DNA of 64,000 bases from contig NC_068998.1 of NCBI RefSeq assembly GCF_001194135.2, positions 20,243,417 through 20,307,416 on the forward strand, given 5' to 3'. This DNA is from Octopus bimaculoides. Its lineage: Eukaryota. The notes below the pieces were generated by a model. That model worked only from the letters and a program-made list of their open reading frames with translations, made no database searches and was not told where the DNA came from. Numbering within the stretch: position 1 is the stretch's first letter; every line of letters begins with the position of its first letter. Shown in pieces: positions 1 through 12,998 of the stretch. Both the position numbers and the translations under genes were made by a program.

Positions 1-1434
1 ACACTATGCTGTTAAAAAGGGCGAGGTGGTCATGGTCGAAATGCTTTTCATCATAGACCTGATGGATCAGTGACGCCTTTGGGATAATTATCAACCACAG
101 TAACAACAAATATTGACTGACGAAACGCAATATACTAAATCAAAACTACTAAGTGGACTTGCTTTCGTCAAGAAGTTATAACCTGCTTCCTCCATATTGC
201 ATATTAGTCAAGGAATGTGTGAACACCACAACCTCTCAGATTACAATTATTATAAACTTGAGATCACACACATTCACTAGCACACGCGCAACACATACAC
301 CTGCATATACACGTGTGCGCACACGCACACACTCGCAAATAACTCGCATATACAAGCACAAACTCACAACATGCACCCAAAAATAAACACGTACAAACCT
401 GGTGTTAGATAACGTAACAATGAAAATATTCATGCAAGAACTCGCAAACACAAACACGCACGCGCATATACACACAAATACACGCACGCGCGCGCAGCAC
501 ACGCACATACCTACACAAACAAAGATACGTTAACGAATGTTCCCATCCTATCTTATAATCAGGCTTGTTGCATTTGGCTCACAGGAAGAATCTTAAATCC
601 CTAGATAAAAGGACTAGAGAAACGAGTAGCGAATACAGAACAAAGAAGATTAGCCTCAGAACAACTAGACGGCTAATACAAGGAAAACATTTCAAAGATT
701 ATTAATAATTTACCCAATTTTCTTAATGGTATATTATATAATTCGTAAAAACACAACGGATACTAAGGAGAGTCGCTTTTCGAATGTTTATATTTAGCTA
801 TGGACATGAATGGATGGACGTGGGGATGGTATTTTTTCATATGAATATTTCAATATGATTATGTGTATATAGAGAGAGGCTTGTGTATGTGTATGTGTAT
901 GTGTATGTACACATTGTGCGGGTGTGAATGTTATGTATACATCCATACATACGTAATTCGTTTCTCAATGAAGTGTGTATATACATATGCAAGCATGTAT
1001 GAATTTATGTATGTAAGTATGTCTGTATGTATGCATGCATATACATGAATATACATGCATATGTTTTGTGTGTGATCTGTACACATTAAAGATGAGTTCC
1101 AAAAACAGATTTCTGTTTTCTTGTTTGCTTTTTCAATTAATCATGCTTTTCCTATTCTTTGAAGTTTGATGCTGTTACAGATCCATTGCCACATATGAAA
1201 GCCTAATCTCTGTGAATTATTCCTGAACAGATACAGATGGCACTTTTCTTCAGATTAAATTCTTTTATTTGAGGGTTAATCTTAGGATTGAACAGGCAGA
1301 ACGCAGATGTATTTTTAGGCTTAGAACAAAACCACGGGTGACATTTGAAAAACAATAAAAAAGATTTATTTCTGATTGGTTTTTAAATATCGTTTGTCTT
1401 TTACATCAGCAGTCTTAAGATATAATTAATATTC

Positions 1435-1626
1435 TTTCAAACTTTGGCACAAGGCCTGTAATTATAAGGAGATGAGGTAATCGATTACATCGACCTCAAT
1501 GCTCAGCTGCTATTATTCTATCGACCCGGAAAGGATAAACAGTAAAGTCGACCTAGACGGGATTTAAACTCATAACGGAAAAGCGAACAAAACGCCGCTA
1601 TTTTGTGCTCTGTCATCTCGCCGCCT
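1435..1626 (-). mobile_element. tRNA-derived SINE family A
   Basis: Family consensus from many copies here: GGCGGCGAGCTGGCAGAATCGTTAG (A-box-like)...GAGTTCAAATTCCGCC (B-box-like)...GGCCTTGTGCCAAAATTTGAAAC. Confidence 0.85.
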
Positions 1627-1658
1627 TAAAAACCTATCATTAATATAATGGCCCTTAA

Positions 1659-2045
1659 TTAGCACCCCAGGTAAAATGCTTAGTCCGTCTTTAAGTTCAG
1701 AGTTCAAATTTCGCCGAGATCGAGTATGCCTTTCATCCTTTCGAATTTAATATAAGTACCAGTCGAGCACTGATGTCGATGTAATCGAACTAGCCTCTCC
1801 TCAAAATTGCTGGCCTTGTGCCAAAATTTGAAACCAATGTTATGGCCCTTAATAGGGCGGCGAGCTGGCAGAATCGTTACGCACGGAACAAAATGCTTAG
1901 CGGCATTTCTTCCGGTTCTTTATGATCTGAGTTTAAATCCCACTGAGAGTACCTTTGCCTTCCATCATTTCGGGGTTGATAAAATAAGTATCAGTCGAGC
2001 ACCTCCTCCCCTCAGATTTCTTAATCCTGTACCAAAATTAGAAAG
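1659..2045 (+). mobile_element. Two tandem SINE A copies (1659-1835, 1854-2045)
   Basis: Match to the family A consensus. Confidence 0.85.
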
Positions 2046-2049
2046 AATA

Positions 2050-2397
2050 TCATGGCTCTTAATCAGTTAAACCACCTTCTGCTCCAATTCGAGGTCGTCT
2101 ACCTGTTAGAGTTCAATATCATGGCCCATTATGTTTTGTGTTCATCTGCTTTTACTGACATTTGTTTACTGGTCATGCTTCACGAACCCTGCGAAGAATT
2201 CTTGCAGTTCCAAGCAATGCTGAATTTTGTAGGTGTTCTACCTTAACACTTGCACTAATCTTTTTCATCTATGATGGTAGTTGAGTGCTGATACTCTCAA
2301 GTGCACCAATTACTATTGGTATCACGTCTTCTCTCTTCATTGACCACAACCTTCGTATTTACCACTTCAAATCGTCATAGTTGTTTCTTTATTTTTT
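2050..2397 (-). mobile_element. 3' fragment of the same RLE retrotransposon family
   Basis: Seen: 2160-2397 aligns closely with 37435-37670; the 5' truncation abuts a (TTG/TTC/TTA)n tract. Confidence 0.8.
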
Positions 2398-2439
2398 TGT
2401 TGTTGTTGTTGTTGTTCTTCTTCTTCTTACCTCTTCTTT

Positions 2440-2501
<62 letters not shown>
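2398..2501. repeat. Compound (TTG)(TTC)(ATT)n microsatellite
   Basis: Direct reading. Confidence 0.95.
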
Positions 2502-2649
2502 GAGCGAGAGCGCAGTTCATGCCATCAAAATCACACTGGGGTAAAATATACAAAGCCCAGTATACCCATCATTATTACCCGTGTGATAAGGGTACACTAT
2601 GCGCATGCATCACAGCAATATGTGCGCAACATGGTGATCTTATATCAAG

Positions 2650-3042
2650 ATTAACAACGCATGACCTTGCAGATGGGGCCCAGTTAAAATTTTCTTCAGG
2701 TCGAGTAGCCCATCCTGCTTAAAGGTTTCTGAATAAGGGTTGTTTAAGGATGTTGAACGAAACACCCATGTTTCCAGAGGTGAATCATCCAAACCCCAAA
2801 GAATTCCTCTTAACATATGGCTATGATGCTCCCCCACTACTTCTGCTCGTGATCAGAGATGCACATATTGTCAGCTACTAAGGGACATGCTCAACTGGTT
2901 AATGTCAAACAATTGACAAGCAAATCCGTGGTATTGAGCAGAATATTTGCTGTAGCCCATCTTTTACACCGAGACAAAACAATGTACATGATAACACTTC
3001 CAATCAGTTAAGATGAGAAGCCATGAAAGCCACTGCCTGGTA
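2650..3042 (+). mobile_element. Dispersed repeat family E (retroposon-like, trinucleotide tail), class unassigned
   Basis: 2790-2970 matches the reverse complement of 53560-53760 and partly 38535-38620; followed by (TTA)(GTA)n. Confidence 0.65.
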
Positions 3043-3059
3043 CTTATTATTATTATTAT

Positions 3060-3115
<56 letters not shown>

Positions 3116-4070
3116 TCATTATTCCCCATCTTTTCCATCTCATTCGTTTTCGTTGATACGATGTGTGGCAGTCGAGTATTAACAAGTTCTTCAGTCGTAT
3201 TAAATCTTTTTATTAGTTTTTGGTTATTTATACGCCTTAAGTACCCGACTTAATGAGATACCCGTGGTTTGTCAATAGCCTGGAGAGGTTTAGAGTGCAA
3301 CACCAGACATACTTAACCTTGATACTTCATAAATAAATAAGTTTTCGGTAGTTACAGAACAACTCTTTCAATTTTATGAGACTTCTTAATGCTTTTCAAT
3401 TTCATACGAGCTTTTGCATATGTGTATATGTCTGCGCGCGTGTCTGCGTGTGTTTCCAATATGTATTTGGGACAAATTAAAAGAGTATTGGAATTTGCTT
3501 GAAGTATTGCAATATATGCAAATGAGATAAATGTTTGAAAAACGTTTCAGCGAGCATTGCAGTTGAGGAGTTAGGTAAAGTATGCAAGGTGATATGAATG
3601 AATGAAAAGAAAGAGAAAATATAATGTGTTACCTAATATAGGTTGTTTAACGATCCCGTAGTATTTTGGGAAGAAAATACTTATGTGTTGTCATAGGCAG
3701 GGAATCCTAATATGTTGTGGGAAATTTTTGTTATAGGCTCATTAAACAACCTATATAAATTAATACATTAACTTTTGTTTTCATTCATTAACATCATCTA
3801 ACACAGTTTGCCTAACTTAAAGAGCTCGAAGAAATGTATTGTTAGAGGTGAGGTACTCTAATATAAAAAGTATTGTTAGAGGAAAGGTGTTCTGATTTGA
3901 AAGTGAGAAAGATGTCCCAGATGTTTGGGTGTGTCATTTAGCTGAAAGGAACGAATAGGGAAGGTTATTAAATGGTGCAGTCCAGAATTATAAGAAGCTG
4001 ATCAATAATACATACATACATACATACATACATACATACATTCATACATACATACATACATACATACATA

Positions 4071-4464
4071 ATGATTTGGGATAGAGAAGAGAAACTATGT
4101 ACAGTTGTGGAAATTAGCTGCCCAGCGAATGTTAACATAAAGCTGAAGTGAAAAAAGAGAACACCTATGCTGAACTATTGAGAAATCTGAAGTTACTCTA
4201 TCCAGATTACAAGTTCAGGTTTATACCTGTAATTACTGGGGCCCTGGGATATGTAACACACTGCTTAAATACCAGTCTTGAGAAATTAGGTTTCTCAAAA
4301 CCAGGAAGGAGAAAGTTAATTCGAAGTCTACAGATCCAATCCATCATTGGAACTAAAAATCTGTAAAATTTTCCAGAAGTTTATCATTTCATTATATATG
4401 GGCATGTCTAGATACGTAACTATATGCATGAGAATACATACCTAAAGCAAAACATACAAATCTG
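4071..4464 (+). mobile_element. 3' end of a second RLE non-LTR family, between (CATA)n tracts
   Basis: Seen: IWDREEKLCTVVEISCP...KKENTYAELLRNLKLLYPDYKFRFIPVITGALG; (CATA)n at 4011-4070 and 4467-4485. Confidence 0.8.
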
Positions 4465-4682
4465 CACACATACATACATACATACAAACAAACAAAAATA
4501 CCCTGTTGATGTTGAAATTTCAATGAAGGAACCTTGGATGTAGGTTAGAAACCGGATCTTTCTCTATTGGCAAGAAATCTTGAAATAAAACTGAATAAGA
4601 CATACATACATATATACATGTGTGTATGTGTGTGTGCGCGTGAGCGTGCGTGCATGCGTGTGGGGGTATGTGCGTGCGTGTG

Positions 4683-4740
<58 letters not shown>

Positions 4741-5359
4741 GCATTGTGGGGAAATATTGTTACATCAGAATTGATGAAATGCATCTTGGAGCTTTAAAAA
4801 CAACTCTGTCAACACACGCAGCAATGGAGTTTGTGTGACAATTCAGAATAGCAACAATTCGGTCTCTCTGACATCTGGCATCGATTTGTATCATGTGATT
4901 GTTGATATAAGTTCCCTGTCAATTTGGTTTTTGTAAGCTTATGAACAAAGACATTTTATCCATCGCTGTCTCCAAAGACTCCGAGAGAAATTAGGCAGGG
5001 CCAGCCAGCCTGTCTTCGGGCTGCGAGAAGCGAATGGGTTCTTTCAAAATGCAAGGAGGTCATTTGTTTCCGTTTAGGGAGTGGTCACAGATAATAGTCA
5101 CAGCTTCCACCAGGACTCTTCGGTTCACGGAGTGATTTACCAACTGTTCCCCCCCGCGACATCCTCATGGGTCCTAGTCATACAGTCGTCTTACATTTTA
5201 CTTTAACTAGTGTCTCTTTTATACACCACATTCATCGTTTCCCTCAGATGTTAACCGGCCGAGATATTATCATTATCACAATTGTGAAAGAAGCTGTCAT
5301 GTCAATGAAGACACTGACGGAAATGATGACATCCAAAATCAATATGATCACCATCATTA

Positions 5360-5369
5360 TCGTCGTCGT

Positions 5370-5426
<57 letters not shown>

Positions 5427-5590
5427 ATCGTTATTATCATATCACCATTTCCATCAGCCTATCACAACCATTACCGCTGCCACTGTCACCATTACCACCA
5501 CCACTACCATCATCATCATCATCATCATCATCGTCGTCATCATCATCATCATCACCAACAACAGGCAGCAACAACATCAACAACAACAAC
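5360..5590. repeat. Compound (ATC)/(ACC)/(CAA)n microsatellite
   Basis: Direct reading. Confidence 0.95.
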
Positions 5591-5723
5591 ACAACGGCTG
5601 TCAGAATTATCATTCGTTAGCCTCGTTTTTCGTGTAAAACATCCTAAGAGATGATTTTAATAAATTACTAGAAAGTGGTAGTTGTAATGATGATGATGAT
5701 GATGATAACGATTATGGTGGTGG

Positions 5724-5764
<41 letters not shown>

Positions 5765-6034
5765 GGGGATATAGAGACGGAGGAGAGAGAAAGAAAACAT
5801 GTTTCGGGATGCCATCGACTACGAGGTATGACGGGAAATTTTGTTTTGATTCATTAGCCAGTGTTCATGAATCAAGGTTATTGAATGGTAGAAGGATAGT
5901 GAACTAGTAGAAAAGAATAAATAAATGACAAGGAGGGCTTTACGAGAATTAAAGGACTCAGTGTGAGGTTGACGGTTATTGGAGGTAAGGACGATTATAC
6001 CAACAATATCAGGTATTATTCATATCAAGAGAAC

Positions 6035-6404
6035 ATCACCACACCAATATGCCTGTTCCGTAGGAACCGACATTACTGCCGTTTTTAATTCCAAGAGGAT
6101 GCTTCCTCTAGCTGACTATCGATGCAATCTGCACCCGATATATACATTGCAAGCAGAGGAGCGAAACTCAGTGGTGGACACCTGTCCGATAGAGATAGCA
6201 GTAATCCGCTGAGGATGAGCACACGCAGCTCGAAACCGTACGGTCTGATGGTCCCGTTGCTAGAAGATAGCCGGGGCTCATTCCCCCGCTTGCAATATAT
6301 TTCGGGTGCAGATTTCATCGATAACTAGCTAGAAGAGGCTCCTCCTGGAGTTAAAAACGGTTGTAACGTCTGCTCCTACGGAACAGTCATATTGCAGTGG
6401 CGAT
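6035..6404 (+). repeat. Diverged long inverted repeat enclosing a hammerhead motif
   Basis: Seen: 6045-6154 aligns to the reverse complement of 6288-6394 (15 mismatches and 3 gap bases in 110 columns), with weaker extension at both ends. Confidence 0.9.
6198..6260 (+). ncRNA. Type-I hammerhead ribozyme motif (PLE-like minimal variant)
   Basis: Seen: CTGAGGA (6209-6215), one extra T, helix II GAGC/GCTC, GAAA (6232-6235), palindromic helix III CCGTACGG, TC (predicted cleavage after 6245). Helix I is weak (2 proximal pairs, distal GCAGT/GTTGC). Confidence 0.7.
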
Positions 6405-6828
6405 AAGCATTACTTATCACCACAGCACATTTCTTATAAACATGATCTGCACTCAGCTAGAACCCTCACAGTCGCTCCAAATGCTGCATCTCACTACCAC
6501 CCTCGGTTACTCATCGCAAAAGCACACTCTTAGCTATACTAAGTCAGGAGTGCATCTCAAATACTAGTCCTCTTTAAGGTCAGAAGATATTTCAGCATCC
6601 AACTGCTGTGACAATCTTCACAGCTCAAGTGGAGTCCACAAATGGCTATTGCACTCACATCTAGGACTAAACTACTGATATGCATTCTGATAACCTGGAT
6701 CGCATCCGAAGAAGGGACAATCGGTCGATTAGCATTCTATCACTAGCTGAGATACTCCATCTGTTGGCCCACGAGTGAACTGTCAATGCTTTGTGTCTTT
6801 TCTTACGCCAATATGAAAGCACATGCGA

Positions 6829-7030
6829 AGGCGGCAAGATGGCAGAATCGTTAGCGCGCCGGGCAAAATGCTTAGCTATGTTTTGTCCTTCTTTACGTTC
6901 TATGTTCCATTTCAGCCTTTCATCCTTTTGGGGGAACGACAAAATAAGTACCAGCTCAACACTGTTGTCGACGTAATCGATTAGACCCCTCACCCGAATT
7001 TACTGGCCCTATGCCAAACTTTGAAACTAA
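6829..7030 (+). mobile_element. SINE A
   Basis: GGCGGCAAGATGGCAGAATCGTTAG...GCCAAACTTTGAAAC. Confidence 0.85.
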
Positions 7031-7059
7031 TTTGAAATCATTTGCACCTCAGAGCTGGC

Positions 7060-7205
7060 TGATCTTCTACCTCCCGACTCAGGCATCTTTTCTGACACAT
7101 TCGTCTCTTCTTCTTTCGTCATCCTCGGAACACCCAACCACCCTTTCCTTCTACTAACCGTTATACTCAATCTTTAATACTCAGAACATCGACCCTCTGG
7201 AATGC
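7060..7205 (+). mobile_element. CR1/L2-like LINE 3' remnant
   Basis: One frame reads RYTQSLILRTSTLWNA, similar to the SFxPRTxxLWN C-terminal motif of CR1/L2 ORF2. Confidence 0.45.
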
Positions 7206-7288
7206 CCATATATCTTAGAACACAAGGTGTATAAAGGCGCCAATCAGATTTCTTAATCCAAGCTTATGCTGAAACATCTGCGTGCTCA

Positions 7289-7362
7289 TACATACATACA
7301 TACATACATACATACATACATACATACATACATACATACGTACGTACGTACATACATACACA

Positions 7363-7455
<93 letters not shown>
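7289..7455. repeat. (CATA)n-(CA)n-(TA)n compound microsatellite
   Basis: Direct reading. Confidence 0.95.
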
Positions 7456-7458
<3 letters not shown>

Positions 7459-8844
7459 ATTTTTCCAGAGGAAAATTTAAAAGTTCAAAAACCTTATAAT
7501 ATATATATATATATTTGTATATACGTTCGAAGTAGCAAACAATATTCCATACGTGAATTAGGGTTTTAATGTTTAATATTTCTTTCCTTTTTGGGGAAAG
7601 CCAAAGACCTCTTTACGCTGTTAATTCAAGTTTCTTGTTCCCATTCATTAATGAACATTTTGACTTCTAATAATAACAGATTGGCAATCCTTTTACCCGA
7701 GATGTTTTTGCCTAGAAATGATTCTGGTATCGATTGTTCTGATTGCAGAATAATTGTATGTTTGCATCTGTAACACGGGTCAGCTTAAGCATGGCAGCCA
7801 CTAACTTTTGTTATTCATTTTCAATATAGTACTGAACCGTTTTGTTAGAAAATATATATTACACCTTTTGAGTGAATAAAGAGAGAATTTTTGCGTGGGA
7901 AATCAGTCACGTGGTGCGTTAGGATTGGTCTGGGAGTGATAAAGCAGGTGTCTTAAAATAACAATGGTTGGTATTGATGCACTCCTAGACATAAATTAAC
8001 ATAGATTCAGCTATCCACTTCCTCACTTCCTCGAAATAGCACAAGTGACCCATCATCATCATTGTCATCATGTTCTACTGCTACTACCCTTACCACAACG
8101 AGATCAGCATTGGAAGGCACTCTTCAATACCTGGACAATTGATGACCTATTAAACAAAATAGTCTCTAGCTTTTCTCCTAGTCAGGTCTCTCAAATTTTT
8201 CTTAGAATAACACTAGAGATCCATCCTCACCATTGTCATCCTGTTCTACTGCTACTACCATTACCACTACTGCTACTCCAGTTAGTGAAGACCCACTCTT
8301 TCCTTTCTCCCACCCACTGTCCACTTCAATCCGAATGTATACCTGACAGCTCCATGGTAAAGCTTCCAACTGTAAATAAAGTAGAATTATGAACACACGA
8401 AACGCGAAAATATGCTGCTATTCTCAACGCGAAAGAATATGCATATGCAATGACCGCAACTTCACCCATTTATCTGGGACAATATGCACAATTCGTACAA
8501 CCAATGCCAAACCACACGTCTTACAATACTACCACCACCACTACTAAATGTTAAATCACACTTAATAACTTTTACACATATATGCCGAAATCCTAAAATC
8601 TGTTGCTATTCCTAACACGAAATATTATGTCTGATATCTTTCATGAACTCTATGCACTCTATGTTAAAGCATGATACTAAATCACCACCAAATCCACAGT
8701 AGAAACATGCCTTACAGTGGCAGTGTTTGTCAGGTGTTGCTGAAGCTGCCTATCAAAGATGTCTATCAGTGGTTCATCACTGAGCTGGTAGATATGTATT
8801 AGAAAGAGAGATGAACAAGTAAAACATGTGGCATCACTTTAGAG

Positions 8845-9140
8845 TAGTGTCTACCAAACGTTTTTACCTTACGACACAATGGGCGAGGAGAATTTATCTT
8901 GCGGCACACCAAATAAAAATCCCAGCAAAATTTAATATACTTTATTAGTGTGAATAAAATAAATTCTTATAGTAACAATAAAATAACATAGTTTTATGAA
9001 CATATAATATATATATATATATATAATACAATAATAATGTTTTGGGTGAGATGGATACAACTGACTTTGAGAAAGAATTTTGTCAAAACACGGTTCTAAA
9101 TTAGATAAGCAAATACGTAACTTCTCATCTACCATCTATA
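8845..9140 (-). mobile_element. hAT (Charlie/Buster-like) transposon 3' remnant
   Basis: Minus strand reads VDEKLRICLSNLEPCFDKILSQSQLYPSH, resembling the C-terminus of Buster/Charlie transposases; TIR-like sequence near 8845-8870. Confidence 0.6.
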
Positions 9141-10719
9141 AACGTTCTCATTTTTTTGACTACATTTTCATAAGCGCAGAGATACCTAATTCGCAAAGAT
9201 ATGATGTTCCAAAGGGCAACAGAGATTTAACGGCTATTGTAGCTAATCGAGGATATTTGCTCCAAAGCAAAATCCAAAATTCTGACAATTCTAATAACGT
9301 GGCTGGAACTGCATGATTGGAACGTACAAAAAAATAAAAGAAAGGTGTGTGCGCGCGCGTGCGTGTGTGTGTATGTGTATGTGTGCGTGTTTGTGTGAGC
9401 GCGTGTGTGTTTTCTCCTCCTCTTTTTAATTTAGAGTAAATTTTGACCGGCCATCTATTTGGTAGGAAGGTTATGAAGGAAAATATCTTGTTTTAATTGT
9501 CATTTTTAAGTCTTGTAGATTTTAATCCCAGATATCGTGATCATTTGTAACGTATAAATTAAGGACTTGCATTCTCTCCTCAAGATTCCAAGATCAGCCA
9601 TACTTTGCTCTGGTCAGATATGTATGTATGTATGCATGTATGTATGTACGTATATATAAATACATATACACATGTATTTGTTTCCGAAGCATATAAGTTA
9701 CGGAAAAAGCAACCTGCTTCTTATGTTAGAAATTATTACACACTATGTATCATAAATTCACTTTATTCAAAGATCTTTACATTTACCATTCTTTGCTATT
9801 CAATCATGTCTTTAATATTCAGCTATGTCTTGTAGAAAACCGCATAAATAAAGACTTAAATACAGTCACACATGTACGCGCTCGCATGCAAACAGAAAAG
9901 ACATGAACAAAAATATTAAAATCACTTTAACTAATACAAAATACATTTGTACATATTTGTTAGAATTGTACCGAAGACATCCTTTTTTAAAAGAAAATAT
10001 AAACTTTTTTTAATTCACTATGCCAACATTTCTCCAGCTTTCCAAATNNNNNNNNNNNNNNNNNNNNNNNNNNNNNNNNNNNNNNNNNNNNNNNNNNNNN
10101 NNNNNNNNNNNNNNNNNNNNNNNNNNNNNNNNNNNNNNNNNNNNNNNAAATATAAACTTTTTTTAATTCACTATGCCAACATTTCTCCAGCTTTCCAAAT
10201 AACTTCACTCAAATATTTTAACAAAACCCAACACAAACATACAAACATACAACACGCACACATGCAAACACATAAAGACACTCAATAACACATATACAAA
10301 CACAACTGAACATTCAACACGTGATCAGGTATTCATACAATATAACTGAAATACAGACACACCTTTATATCAAATACATTCCTTGATTAGAAGAAATCTC
10401 ACCTATACGTTCCTACTGCATACGGGACTGTTCTCTAACCTTACTTCACCTATAATTTTAATTCGCTAGCGTTTTACTTTATATACCAGATTCTATTATC
10501 GATATTATAATAAAGAAAGCTGCTTATTAATTAGTTGGTAGTGAGTAACTTTTACAAAAAGAAAACAATTATTAAAATGTACACTGTCTAGAAGATTCTC
10601 ATAAATTCCAATATTAATATATTTTTGGCAAAATGTTATTTTCAATCATGTTTTTTATTGAAGGTTTCATCTACAGAAAACTAATCTTAATCTTTAATTC
10701 ACTGTGAGATAATATCCCC

Positions 10720-10910
<191 letters not shown>

Positions 10911-11635
10911 ACTTACAACTATAACATGAAATCTATTTCATATTTCCGATAGTTAATTCCATTTCTGAGATCACTGTTCATGTCATCGTAGTTCATATGA
11001 TGAACAGGAATGAGATAAAAAGCCAGTTTCCATCTCAGTACAACAGTAATTATGTGTTTTTATAGAGATTATTAACATTAAGACTCACAAATATACGTAT
11101 ATCTATATATATCGACAGAGAAATAATGCTGAGGAAATAGCAAGTAATACAATTACTTGTGTTCGAACCCTCAGTAAGTTTTTCAATATGAATTTTCTCC
11201 AATACATAGTAGGTCTGTAAGCTAGTTCATTGTGACACAAAGTTCGAAATCTGATACTTGTATATACTTGTATATACGATAAGCAGAAGACTTTTTCGCG
11301 GTTAAGTTAAGGCAATACATAATACCTGATTTCTTCTTAAATTCTAACACTGTCTTTGAGTGCATGTTATCATTCAAAATTTATTTATTTGAGCGAGCGA
11401 GTGCTATTAGACGAATAAAAAATACAACGGGAAATTAGACGTAACTTATCAGAAAAATTACACAAATTGGAAATCAAATATATAAATATCATTTAGCGAG
11501 TACCAGAAAACCGCTTGGGTTTTTATGATAGTATATATAAAGAATTTTAATAACAATTGTAATTCACTACTATCTTAATTAGCAAGAAAACTTTTTTACA
11601 ACTTGTTGAACAAATTGTCAGCAAAAATTTAAAGT

Positions 11636-11806
11636 CACGTTTAGCGGCATTTCTACTGACTTTACTTCTGAGTTCAAATGCCCCCGAGGTCGACTTTGCC
11701 GTTCATCCTTTCGGCATCGATAAAATAAATACTAGTTGAACACTGGGGACGATGTAATTGGCTTACCTCCCGAAATTGCTAGCCTTATGCCAAATTTTTG
11801 AAACTA
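11636..11806 (+). mobile_element. SINE A, 5'-truncated
   Basis: TTAGCGGCATTTC...GAGTTCAAATGCCCCCGAGGTCGAC...GCCAAATTTTTGAAAC. Confidence 0.8.
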
Positions 11807-12040
11807 ATGTCTAATACAAAACGAATTTTGTATTAAAATTTGATAATTTTGTTAATGAATTACCCCATCAGTATGTGTGTGTATGCGTGTGTGCACGCGC
11901 ACATATGTGTGTGCTGTGTAATTCGATGTCATTCAGTATTGAGCAAATAAATGACAAATCTATGGAAACGTTCGTAATGTGATGTGAGCAATATTTCTAT
12001 TGATATTTTTTATTATATGTCTGTGTATGTGCGTGTGCGC

Positions 12041-12082
<42 letters not shown>

Positions 12083-12162
12083 ATACATATTTATACATAT
12101 GTATGTATACGCAAACATATATGTATATATGCATTCATGCACGTATGCATATATGTTTGTAT

Positions 12163-12474
12163 AAGAAATCATGATAAGCATGAACTTATATCGTTTCTTC
12201 CCTACATACGTTTCACCATTGTTGATATTTACATCATCCCCATTAGACGTTCCAAGTGCAATTTGATGCTGAACCACAACAGATCATCAGGGAAACATTT
12301 TTCTTCATTATGTTATACAGGTCAAAACAATGCATAAAATATCCCCCTGATGGCCTGTTGCAGTTCAGCTTCCAATTGCACTCGGAACATCCAATGCAGG
12401 AATTGAAAATAACCACAATGGGGAAACGTGCGTAGAGAACAAGAGATGTAAACTCGTGTTTATCATACTTTCTT
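12163..12474. repeat. Diverged ungapped long inverted repeat (about 310-nt hairpin)
   Basis: Seen: 12172-12292 vs reverse complement of 12345-12465, 91/121 identical with no gaps; partial pairing continues toward an apex near 12318. Confidence 0.92.
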
Positions 12475-12659
12475 CTATATTTGCTCTGTATATCATATCT
12501 AGTAGTACTACAAAATACTGTAGTAACGACTCCACTATACTGGAAATAGATTGGACGATGATAATTTACGTGTGGCTCTGAGCTCATCAGTAGCAGTCGT
12601 ACACATAATTACAAACTTAAGATTTATTATACAAACATACATTCATACATATATGTTTG

Positions 12660-12951
12660 CATGTGTGTATGTATGTATGTATGTATGTATGTATGTATGT
12701 TATAATACGTATATATGCATATAATATATATGTTTATATATACATATATGTATATAAGTGTATTTGTCTGTATATGCCTATATATATAAATGTGTGTGTG
12801 TATAGATGCATTTGTCTATATATGCCTATATATATGCATATGTATAAGTATCTATATCAATATAAATATGAATATTTTTAAATACACATTATATATCTAT
12901 ATGCATACACACATATATCGGGTGTGTGTGTGTGTGTGTATATATATATAC

Positions 12952-12998
<47 letters not shown>

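Noticed and set aside
5798-5840. Minus-strand hairpin followed by GAAA-CATG-TT
   Set aside because: No CUGANGA block upstream.
9995-10200. 53-bp direct repeat on either side of a 100-N gap
   Set aside because: Identical overlap across a scaffold gap; assembly artefact.
12358-12575. Plus-strand frame resembling a type-II membrane N-terminus (KRCKLVFIILSSIFALYII) as the missing aminopeptidase exon 1
   Set aside because: In-frame stop just upstream, no ATG, ends in a stop, lacks the RLP..P.HY motif; it lies in an inverted-repeat arm.
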